A DNA stretch of 16,409 bases, from positions 1 to 16,409 of the IMG/VR virus record IMGVR_UViG_3300045988_104897; one strand, given 5' to 3'. The stretch is from a virus. The position numbers were made by a program, and so were the translations under genes. Positions 1 through 6,830 of this stretch are shown here, piece after piece; positions within the stretch are counted from its first letter, which is position 1, and each line of letters begins with the position of its first letter. Under the pieces are notes generated by a model. That model saw nothing but the letters and a program-made list of their open reading frames with translations. It was not told the origin of the DNA and made no database searches.

Positions 1-5
1 AGCCC

Positions 6-255
6 ACTCCAGCGCAATAAATTACTGTCCACTCCAGCGCAATAAATTACTGCCCGCCCCAGCACAATAAAATCCAGCACACTCCAGCACAGTAAAATCC
101 AGCCCACTCCAGCGCAATAAATTACTGTCCACTCCAGCGCAATAAATTACTGCCCACTCCAGCACAATAAATTACTGTCCACTCCAGCACAATAAAATAC
201 TGCCCACTCCAGCGCAATAAATTACTGCCCACCACAGCCCAATAAAATACTGCAC
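6..255. repeat. Ten head-to-tail 25-bp tandem repeats (iteron-like array), consensus ACTCCAGCRCAATAAAWTACTGYCC
   Basis: Units lie at 6-30, 31-55, 56-80, 81-105, 106-130, 131-155, 156-180, 181-205, 206-230 and 231-255 with no spacers. Positions 1-55 are repeated exactly at 101-155. The array continues in degenerate form to 292. Confidence 0.9.
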
Positions 256-262
256 AGCCCAA

Positions 263-320
263 CGCAATAAATTAATGCGCAATAAATTAATGAACTGATA
301 ATGAACTGATAATGAACTGA
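263..320. repeat. Short tandem repeats: CGCAATAAATTAATG x2 (263-292), then AACTGATAATG x2 plus a partial copy (293-320)
   Basis: Read directly: cgcaataaattaatg cgcaataaattaatg aactgataatg aactgataatg aactga. The mirror copy is at 16090-16147. Confidence 0.85.
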
Positions 321-372
321 AACACATAGCATTTGCCAATGAATAAAATCCAAACAAATTAATCCAAAGCAC

Positions 373-401
373 TAGACATAATCGCCAATGGCTGGTATAT
401 T
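373..401 (+). promoter_or_regulatory. ITR-borne early promoter, left copy: -35 TAGACA, 17-bp spacer, extended -10 TGgTATATT
   Basis: TAGACA at 373-378, TG at 393-394, TATATT at 396-401. SD AAGGAG at 431-436 lies 9 nt upstream of the ATG at 446. Confidence 0.6.
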
Positions 402-445
402 GTAATTGTTCGGAAGGGAACGGAAGATATAAGGAGATTGGGAAG

Positions 446-763
446 ATGTACATTTGCAAGAAATTTACTGCTGAAGATATTGAAAGAATGAATGCAGATA
501 AACGCTGCATCTACAAGGGACAGAGCTATGTAGTAACTAGGTATAGCGTAGATGTTACTAGTGGCATACCCGTGGTCTTTAAAGAAGAAGATATTGCGGC
601 ATTTGGTTTGCCGGCCGATGCCGAGGCATGTTGCATTAGCACATATGCGAACGAACTGGATATTGAGCACGGCATACAATATTTCTATAAAGTTCGGCGT
701 GTAAGAGTATGCGCCTTAAACACCGAACTTGATGGATTGCTAAACATGTACAATAAGGAGTAG
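446..763 (+). CDS. Hypothetical early protein, 105 aa, left arm
   Basis: The ATG falls on the first base after the ITR. SD AAGGAG sits 9 nt upstream inside the ITR. I recognise no motif. Confidence 0.65.
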   Translation: MYICKKFTAEDIERMNADKRCIYKGQSYVVTRYSVDVTSGIPVVFKEEDIAAFGLPADAEACCISTYANELDIEHGIQYFYKVRRVRVCALNTELDGLLNMYNKE

Positions 764-765
764 TA

Positions 766-876
766 ATGCGTATGTATAAGCCTGCTTATATTGTAACTTG
801 CGCCTCTGGTAACGAGTTTGTAGTTAAGCAGTTATACAGTTTTGATGATAAGGTGGAGCAATGGAAAAGCAAATAA
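766..876 (+). CDS. Hypothetical small protein, 36 aa (not in ORF track)
   Basis: AAGGAG at 755-760, 5-nt spacer, ATG at 766. Hand translation: MRMYKPAYIVTCASGNEFVVKQLYSFDDKVEQWKSK, stop TAA at 874-876. It overlaps the next ORF by 16 nt. Confidence 0.35.
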   Translation: MRMYKPAYIVTCASGNEFVVKQLYSFDDKVEQWKSK

Positions 877-1040
877 TAGCGGCGGTATCAATTACCGTAA
901 TTTGCCTCCTGCTAATGGCCCTTGGCTGGTATGTAGGTGGCATTGTAGGCGGCCTAATTTGGTGCGCTGCCCTCCCCTGCGGAATGATCGGAATTGGTTG
1001 GCTGCTAAGCCTGTTAATTAATATAGATGAGTGGTTTTAA
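861..1040 (+). CDS. Small predicted two-pass membrane protein, 59 aa (not in ORF track)
   Basis: Hand translation: MEKQIIAAVSITVICLLLMALGWYVGGIVGGLIWCAALPCGMIGIGWLLSLLINIDEWF. There are two hydrophobic stretches. A GGTGGAG SD-like sequence lies just upstream. The TAA at 1038-1040 abuts the next ATG at 1042. Confidence 0.5.
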   Translation: MEKQIIAAVSITVICLLLMALGWYVGGIVGGLIWCAALPCGMIGIGWLLSLLINIDEWF

Positions 1041-1041
1041 A

Positions 1042-1314
1042 ATGCAGAATGTTTGGAAGCACGCAGAAAGCACGATCTATTTAATTTGTGAATACGTTAA
1101 TAACGGTAATTACGAATTCACCGCAAAACCAGCAGACTTAGACGGCGTAGAAGCCGCAAAAGTGCTAATGAAACTTTCTAAGCATTTGCGAGCCATCGGC
1201 TTAACCGACAGGGCCATTTTTAGAGTAATGCCAAAAATCCTAGCAGAAGCGCCAGGCTGGCGTTTAGCTAATCAAAAGGTTTGGAACTCTAGCGATGATC
1301 GATTGAGGTATTAA
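1042..1314 (+). CDS. Hypothetical early protein, 90 aa
   Basis: ORF-track ORF 1027-1314. I prefer the internal ATG at 1042 (GAGTGG SD-like about 7 nt upstream, 1 nt after the preceding stop). The ATG at 1027 has no SD. Confidence 0.55.
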   Translation: MQNVWKHAESTIYLICEYVNNGNYEFTAKPADLDGVEAAKVLMKLSKHLRAIGLTDRAIFRVMPKILAEAPGWRLANQKVWNSSDDRLRY

Positions 1315-1330
1315 CATGATTACATTACCA

Positions 1331-2371
1331 CTAGCGCAAACCAAGCATTCGAAGCATCTTTAAAAAACCCTCACGCGCGGCGTTGTTCTCAAACCGAACA
1401 ACGCCGTTTCCGTATAATCTGCCAATTTGCCGCGCAAACTTACCCGCCGATTCAACAAGGTACATATTTGGCCTATGATCCTCGGTAGTTAGAGAATACA
1501 CTAAGCCGCCTTTAGGCGCTTTACGATTGACATAAAACAAGCCGTTTGAATTGTCAAGCCAAACTGCATACACATTTCCGCAATATTTGAATCCATAACG
1601 ATATTTTGCATTCGCGGTTTTCTTAGCAATGAACAAATCATTTGAAGCCGCGAACTCATTGTCAATCATGACTTTTTCCAGCGCCGTACCAGCAATAACC
1701 TTGCCCACCAGCGTATCACGTTCGCTTTGCGCAAATGCAGCATCTTTAATGTGATGAAGTAACACTGTTTTATTGTTGTGCCAGGAATAGCCAGGCTTAG
1801 GCTCATCGGTAATGCCAAGCCACAAAAACGCTGGATTGACGAGATCAACGGCGTTTGAAAGTAAATACAATTGGCAATCGTCGCGTTTACGTCCAATAGT
1901 TTTCCACAATTTAAAAAGCTTGCCCATATCGTCATACAGATAACCAGGAGGCGTTTTTACTTCTCGAATGTATTCATCAAAAATTAGCCGCTTAACGCGT
2001 GGGTATGCGGTGCCTTTGTAAGTGCCTTGCTTGCTTAATGCAAAGAAGTGGCAACACACGCGCCAATCTGGTTTATCCTTGCCAGACGGTTTTTTAGCAA
2101 TGTAGCCGTGTTCTTTGTCAGTCTTAAAAATGTAGCCAGGGAATTCCTCATGCTCTACTAGATCGTCAAAAAAGTTTGCAGCCGCTTTTTTAAGCTCGGT
2201 TTCGTAACGGCGAATCCAGCCGAATTCTTTACCGCTTTTGATAAATTCCTTTACTCCTTGATACGTGAAACTATATGTTTTACCAATAGAATTACCACCA
2301 ACGGCAATGGTCATGGGCGCGTTATACGATAACGTCTTTTCCATATATTTTTGCAAATAAAAATCAGCCAT
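1331..2371 (-). CDS. DNA encapsidation (packaging) ATPase, phi29 gp16-like
   Basis: Walker A GGNSIGKTYS, Walker B LIFDEYIRE, and LLSNAVDLVNPAF (phi29 CLSNAVSVVNPYF). The C-terminal YSLTTED...VRFENN pattern also resembles phi29 gp16. It is the last gene of the late operon. Confidence 0.92.
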   Translation of the reverse strand: MADFYLQKYMEKTLSYNAPMTIAVGGNSIGKTYSFTYQGVKEFIKSGKEFGWIRRYETELKKAAANFFDDLVEHEEFPGYIFKTDKEHGYIAKKPSGKDKPDWRVCCHFFALSKQGTYKGTAYPRVKRLIFDEYIREVKTPPGYLYDDMGKLFKLWKTIGRKRDDCQLYLLSNAVDLVNPAFLWLGITDEPKPGYSWHNNKTVLLHHIKDAAFAQSERDTLVGKVIAGTALEKVMIDNEFAASNDLFIAKKTANAKYRYGFKYCGNVYAVWLDNSNGLFYVNRKAPKGGLVYSLTTEDHRPNMYLVESAGKFARQIGRLYGNGVVRFENNAAREGFLKMLRMLGLR

Positions 2372-3663
2372 TATAGATAACGCCTAATCCACCAAGTACA
2401 TTTGTTCGATAAATAATTAGATGGGTCGGTTTTCAGCCATGGCCCTTTTGGATGGCTGCCGCCGCCGTGGCCCATGATCTGGCCATTGCCAACGTATAAT
2501 TCAACATGCCCAACACCTGATTCATCCGTTGAACCGCCCCATGATATTAGCACCAAGTCAGCTAATTGCATCTGATTAAACGGAAGATTTTTGCCTTTAC
2601 CATGCGTAATTAGCGTTCCTTTGCTGCTCATGTCACCAGTCCAGGTGCCAACATTAATGCCAGTAATTTGCTTATAAGCCGCGTAGATAGTAGAGCTACA
2701 ATCGCCAACGCCGCTGTTTACTGGATCAAGCCGCCCAGCTCCCTGGCTGTATTGAAATTTGCCTTCCCACGACTTATATAATTCAACAACTTTGCGAGCG
2801 GCATCGCTGCCCGTGTCGTTGCCCTGGTCAGTAGTAGCATTATCGGTGCTGTTGGGGTGTCCATTAACATTTGCAGAAGGCGCCCAAATATTGGGGCCCA
2901 TTTTTTGGCAAGCCAAGCCATTTTCAAAGCCTGAAAGCCCAAAAATAATGAGCTGGTTATTAACTAGTTGGCAATAGCTAACCTGGCTTGCTTGCTGCTC
3001 TGATTGTGTGGGCGAATCCCCTCCCGATTCAACGCCGCCAACCTGCCCGAAGTCAGGCGGCGCACTCTCGCCGTCCCAATCTTTAAGCATGTCATAAGTC
3101 GTGTTATAGCGGTTTTTGTACTTACCCAAAACGCCATTATTCAATACGGTATTACGCATTGTTTCAAGCGTAGCATTACCGCCGCACGCTCTAAGCACCT
3201 GCCCCGCGCTGCGTGGGCTCTGGTGATACATGCAAGCCGCGAATACAAGCGTTTGAGGCCTATCCTGCGATAGTCCGAACTTCTCCAGCGCGGGCACATA
3301 TTCATTTTGGAATTGATCGAACCATTTTTGCTGCTGCGTTTTGTGGTTCGCGTCACGCTTTGCGAACTCAACCCAGGCGTTAGCTTCGCTATCGGTAAGG
3401 TATCGGGAAGTCCACCAATTCCAGCTGTCCCCGTGCGCGTCAACATCTGCATCAAGCTGAGGGGCCGCTGCTTTAAAAGCAGCGTACCCCTCGGGATCGC
3501 CAGTTCGCAACATTTTTAGCAGGTTTGACGCATTTTGCCCGTATTCCTGCATCATGCCAATAGTAATAGGATCGACCCGGTAGACTGCGCCCCAATTGTG
3601 TTCGCTCTCTACCTGCCCAATTACATACATTGCGTAAAGTGATGTGTTCGCAAGGTTTGGCAT
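2371..3663 (-). CDS. Tail-associated peptidoglycan hydrolase: N-terminal lysozyme/transglycosylase-like domain plus C-terminal NlpC/P60 cysteine peptidase (phi29 gp13 position)
   Basis: N-terminal GQVESEHNW (candidate catalytic Glu). C-terminal GDCSSTIYAAY ... GHVELYVG ... MGHGG, a Cys/His/His NlpC-P60 pattern. A Gly/Ser/Gln-rich linker separates them. It sits between the fibre gene and the ATPase. Confidence 0.75.
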   Translation of the reverse strand: MPNLANTSLYAMYVIGQVESEHNWGAVYRVDPITIGMMQEYGQNASNLLKMLRTGDPEGYAAFKAAAPQLDADVDAHGDSWNWWTSRYLTDSEANAWVEFAKRDANHKTQQQKWFDQFQNEYVPALEKFGLSQDRPQTLVFAACMYHQSPRSAGQVLRACGGNATLETMRNTVLNNGVLGKYKNRYNTTYDMLKDWDGESAPPDFGQVGGVESGGDSPTQSEQQASQVSYCQLVNNQLIIFGLSGFENGLACQKMGPNIWAPSANVNGHPNSTDNATTDQGNDTGSDAARKVVELYKSWEGKFQYSQGAGRLDPVNSGVGDCSSTIYAAYKQITGINVGTWTGDMSSKGTLITHGKGKNLPFNQMQLADLVLISWGGSTDESGVGHVELYVGNGQIMGHGGGSHPKGPWLKTDPSNYLSNKCTWWIRRYL

Positions 3664-4442
3664 TACGCGGGATTAATTGGCGTCGGTGCAATTGGCGCCG
3701 GTGCATCGCCAAGGTCGGCGTTTACGTAAAGGCAAGCAGGATATATTTGTAGATAGATTGTGTTTGTCGAGGTTGTAATAGATGTTGCGGTGGTTAGCCC
3801 GAGATATAAATTACCATCACTGCCAACAGCAGCAGATGACTGGCCGATGTGCTCCCAAACGTTTGAAAGCTTATCCCACGCGCCAGGGCCGCCTGCTGAA
3901 ATTTCAAAATATTTTTTAGCGAGCGCACCGCCGCAATCTACCTTGTAACCGTATTTACTATCGCTGCCTGGGATAGCGGATAGATTAAGAGTACCGTCAA
4001 CACAACGGATATACCCGTAGAATTTAAATAGCGTTGAATTAGCGTTAAGCAGTACAGTTATTTGCACGTTTGCATTTCCTGGCTGCGTTTGGTTTGCGAT
4101 TTGCTTAAAATTAAAAAGATTGGCAATAGTGGCGTTTGCATTGCCAGCGTTAGCCAGCGCCGTATTTGCCGTGCCATTTGCAGCAGTGGCGGCAGATTGT
4201 GCAGATGCCGCGGCGGCGTTTGCGGCTTCGGCGGTTCCTTTAGCGGTTTCAGCAGTTTCGGCGGCAGTGTTTGCAGTAGAAGCGGCATTGTTAGCCGTTG
4301 TGCGAATACTTGCAAGATCGCTAGCATTTGCAAACGTTCCCATCGCAGAATCTACTGCCGTAGCAAGGCTATTCATGTCATTTACAATAGAAATAGGTGA
4401 AGCGCCGTTAATCAGCGGAAGATTAAAATTAGGTGTAGGCAT
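3663..4442 (-). CDS. Putative tail fibre / receptor-binding protein, 259 aa
   Basis: N-terminal PNFNLPLINGASPISIVNDMNSLATAVD, a roughly 70-aa Ala/Thr/Asn-rich low-complexity region (candidate coiled-coil stalk), then a beta-rich C-terminal domain. It lies in the tail module, with AAGGAG 8 nt upstream. Confidence 0.55.
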   Translation of the reverse strand: MPTPNFNLPLINGASPISIVNDMNSLATAVDSAMGTFANASDLASIRTTANNAASTANTAAETAETAKGTAEAANAAAASAQSAATAANGTANTALANAGNANATIANLFNFKQIANQTQPGNANVQITVLLNANSTLFKFYGYIRCVDGTLNLSAIPGSDSKYGYKVDCGGALAKKYFEISAGGPGAWDKLSNVWEHIGQSSAAVGSDGNLYLGLTTATSITTSTNTIYLQIYPACLYVNADLGDAPAPIAPTPINPA

Positions 4443-5269
4443 TATAAATTCTCCTTATAACCAAGAACGCCGTTCGCGTCCATTTCACCGTAGGTATTAA
4501 AAATAGTAGGCGAATAATCATAACCCGGTTCAACATCTTTAATTGCACCAGAGGGGGTTATTGCGCAGTTCAAAGCGTCATTAAACATTGAAATAAGCGA
4601 TGCATCTTTCTTAGCCTTTTCGCACGCGTTTTTAATAACGAAACGCCCATAAAAGTCAAGCGAGAAATAGCAAATTTCATCAGTAGTCGCGAATTCAGCC
4701 GTAACCATTCGCCCGTTAGCATCAGGCGCGGGGGCGGGGTAAAGAGTTGCGCCCTCGGTCATTGCGCCATCACGGTTTTCAAAAGAACCATACGTCAGCG
4801 CGTCCAGATCATCATACGTGAGGTATTGCGATGTCTGCGCCGTGCCGTGCGCGGTTGCTTCGCCAATTCCTAAATGGTCAATGTCCGCATAGGTAGCAGC
4901 ATACGGGCGCGCCGCGTCAAAAATTTGACGGAATGCAACCTGGTGATAATCATATGAGCCGGTAACGGGATTATGCACGAGGAACAGACCAGCGGTAATA
5001 TTCTTAATTTGTTCTTGCAGGCGGGAATCTCCAGCTTCCCAACCGCTTCGCAAGCCGTTAATCTGGCCTTGCAAATCATCATCAAGCGCGCTAATAGCTT
5101 TATTCAATTCTTCATCATTAATTCCAGAATCATTTACAGCCATTAGCGCCTGGAGCAGCCAATTTATTTGGTCCTCTAAGCGGATCGCCCTTTTCCAGGA
5201 AGGTGGCAATGGATATTGAAACCCTTTATAAGCAAAGTCTAAACCTGCTAGACCGTCAAATACAGCCAT
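4442..5269 (-). CDS. Structural protein, putative tail/neck appendage component, 275 aa
   Basis: ORF 4442-5290. I prefer the ATG at 5269 (GAGGGA 7 nt upstream, 1 nt after the collar stop). The ATG triplet at 5284-5290 has no SD. Function is inferred from position only. Confidence 0.45.
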   Translation of the reverse strand: MAVFDGLAGLDFAYKGFQYPLPPSWKRAIRLEDQINWLLQALMAVNDSGINDEELNKAISALDDDLQGQINGLRSGWEAGDSRLQEQIKNITAGLFLVHNPVTGSYDYHQVAFRQIFDAARPYAATYADIDHLGIGEATAHGTAQTSQYLTYDDLDALTYGSFENRDGAMTEGATLYPAPAPDANGRMVTAEFATTDEICYFSLDFYGRFVIKNACEKAKKDASLISMFNDALNCAITPSGAIKDVEPGYDYSPTIFNTYGEMDANGVLGYKENL

Positions 5270-5270
5270 A

Positions 5271-5843
5271 TTAAAATCCCTCATCATCATAGAGTTGATT
5301 AAACAATGGCTCTAAGCCATTAAAAACTAGGTATAGTGCATTGTTAACACCAGTGAGCCACTTTGTCAACACTTCGGCGGCTTGCCCCTGCGTTCCTTTA
5401 TGCGTGCTAGTGCTTTTTCCCTGGTCGGTTCCCTGCCCCGTATTATCGGTAAGGTTAGTAGCGTAATCCTTAGCGCCTGACAATTGCGCCTGCGGTGTAG
5501 CGCTGAAAATCTGCCGCGCGCTGCTGTTCGATTCAGACGAACTAATGATCGTATCCTCGGTGCTATATGTCGCCATAATGTCTAACTTTTCATCAGCAAG
5601 AGCGGCAAAAATAGGATTAATTACGGGCATCATCTCGCGCATACGCCTATTTAGATAAGCAACGAATAGTGCCGGGGTATCTTGTGCAATTTTTCTAAAT
5701 TCGAAATGATCATAGATTTTGTTTTGAAGTTCCTCGCGTTCCGATTCATCCCATATAGGGTAAGGCCGCGCCGCGTCCCATAGGTCGTTTCCGTACAAAT
5801 GTACGACATCGCGCAACGTGGGGGTATCGTCTGTTATTAGCAT
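5271..5843 (-). CDS. Putative lower collar / head-tail adaptor protein, 190 aa
   Basis: It lies immediately downstream of the portal, as phi29 gene 11 does. I see no convincing motif match to phi29 gp11. The central region is Ser/Thr/Gln/Gly-rich. Confidence 0.5.
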   Translation of the reverse strand: MLITDDTPTLRDVVHLYGNDLWDAARPYPIWDESEREELQNKIYDHFEFRKIAQDTPALFVAYLNRRMREMMPVINPIFAALADEKLDIMATYSTEDTIISSSESNSSARQIFSATPQAQLSGAKDYATNLTDNTGQGTDQGKSTSTHKGTQGQAAEVLTKWLTGVNNALYLVFNGLEPLFNQLYDDEGF

Positions 5844-5846
5844 TGT

Positions 5847-6830
5847 TTATTCACCATCAATATCTTTATTAGGCATTACTTCAGGAGCTTCGGCTTCGCG
5901 CAAATGCGGGACTGACCACGATACGTCAATAGGAGCGTCAAGGTATTCGGCAAAAACGACGTTTGCAACCTTGCAAAATTCCTTTCGACACTTAAGACGC
6001 GAATTACGCATTAACATAACTTGCTCATTGTTCGATAAAACTTCTTGAGTGTTAACGCGCTCTCGCTTGTCGGTGTTGGCATTGTCAGCACCTAAAAACG
6101 TGATAGCTTCATCTAGTATTCGCTTCTTTGTGTCAAGCAGTTTATCAGCAACAAACGGTGCGCTAGTGTTTAGTACCTCATAGTTTACAATGTCAGTCAT
6201 TCCGCTGTTCTGGCTGATAAACTGCTTATTGTTTTTCAGGTCTTTGATAATGCCCCTTTTAGTTGCCTTTGCTTCTTCTGGCCCTGTAATGATCCAGGGC
6301 GTTTTTTGTGCGCCAACATTAATATCAATTGTTCGGTCAATTGCCGCCAATCGCTTAGCGTAATTATTGATAAAGCCACATAAAGGCGTGCGCATCATAT
6401 TATCGAAAAGCATCACGGCATCGCGTGGCATCACCTCGTTTTCAGCGTTGATCCAAAAATTACAATGTCGCTGCCAATATTGCCCAGCTGGAGAAAACAG
6501 GCTGATTTTATTAGGGTTGTAAAACATGTTCACGTTTTCAGCTGGTGCCGCCTGCGCGAAAAGCACGCCCTCGGACTCGGTAAAAAGCGCGCCCATTCCG
6601 TAATAGAGCATAATATATTCAATTGCACGGGGATCAATTCCAGCGGGGACGTTTTCCCATGTAAATCCAGCAATTGCAATGTTTTCTAGATACGTACGCC
6701 AAAAACGATACTGCAATTGATCATATGCCTGTGTGCTGTCTAGCAGCTCGCGAACGTGCTTTTTGCCTAGCATCAACTCTGATTCATCAATCCAAACGGA
6801 TTGCGCATAGTCTGGTAATGCCGTGCTCAT
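5847..6830 (-). CDS. Portal (upper collar/connector) protein, phi29 gp10-like
   Basis: NVGAQKTPWII (phi29 NQNAQKTPVLI). APFVADKLLDTKKRILDEAITFLGADNANTDKRERVNTQEVLSNNEQ (phi29 [47 protein letters not shown]). Confidence 0.92.
   Translation of the reverse strand: MSTALPDYAQSVWIDESELMLGKKHVRELLDSTQAYDQLQYRFWRTYLENIAIAGFTWENVPAGIDPRAIEYIMLYYGMGALFTESEGVLFAQAAPAENVNMFYNPNKISLFSPAGQYWQRHCNFWINAENEVMPRDAVMLFDNMMRTPLCGFINNYAKRLAAIDRTIDINVGAQKTPWIITGPEEAKATKRGIIKDLKNNKQFISQNSGMTDIVNYEVLNTSAPFVADKLLDTKKRILDEAITFLGADNANTDKRERVNTQEVLSNNEQVMLMRNSRLKCRKEFCKVANVVFAEYLDAPIDVSWSVPHLREAEAPEVMPNKDIDGE

Larger units (their letters stand above)
1..445. repeat. Left inverted terminal repeat (ITR) of a linear protein-primed phage genome
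   Basis: The reverse complement of 15965-16409 matches 1-445. I spot-checked 1-89, 172-370 (through identical ORF-track translations) and 421-445. Identity ends exactly at 445/15965 (ggaag|ATGTA versus ggaag|CTTCA). Confidence 0.93.

Noticed and set aside
1-10. Terminal nucleotide reiteration for sliding-back initiation
   Set aside because: The end reads AGCCCACTCC with no short homopolymeric or dinucleotide reiteration. Because the window starts mid-repeat, the true terminus may be missing, so I draw no conclusion.
1-292. Regularly spaced repeats that could be mistaken for a CRISPR array
   Set aside because: The units are directly abutting 25-mers with no unique spacers. They are duplicated in inverted orientation at the other end, and there is no leader or cas gene. 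This is a tandem terminal repeat, not CRISPR.
293-320. Three consecutive mini-ORFs ATG-AAC-TGA inside the 11-bp repeats
   Set aside because: They lie upstream of the predicted promoter and have no SD. The pattern follows trivially from the repeat sequence.
172-679. ORF-track ORFs inside or across the ITR (172-510 -, 359-679 -, and the mirror ORFs 15848-16051 + and 16038-16238 +)
   Set aside because: They run through the tandem repeats and the promoter and give repetitive low-complexity peptides. They have no SD. They appear only because the ITR lacks stops in that frame, and their mirror copies are an automatic consequence of the repeat.
4120-4500. Ala-rich 126-aa + strand ORF, with neighbours 4062-4400 + and 4058-4333 -
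   Set aside because: It is the antisense or shifted-frame shadow of the GC-rich Ala/Thr/Asn stalk of the - strand fibre gene. It has no SD and interrupts a tightly coupled operon.
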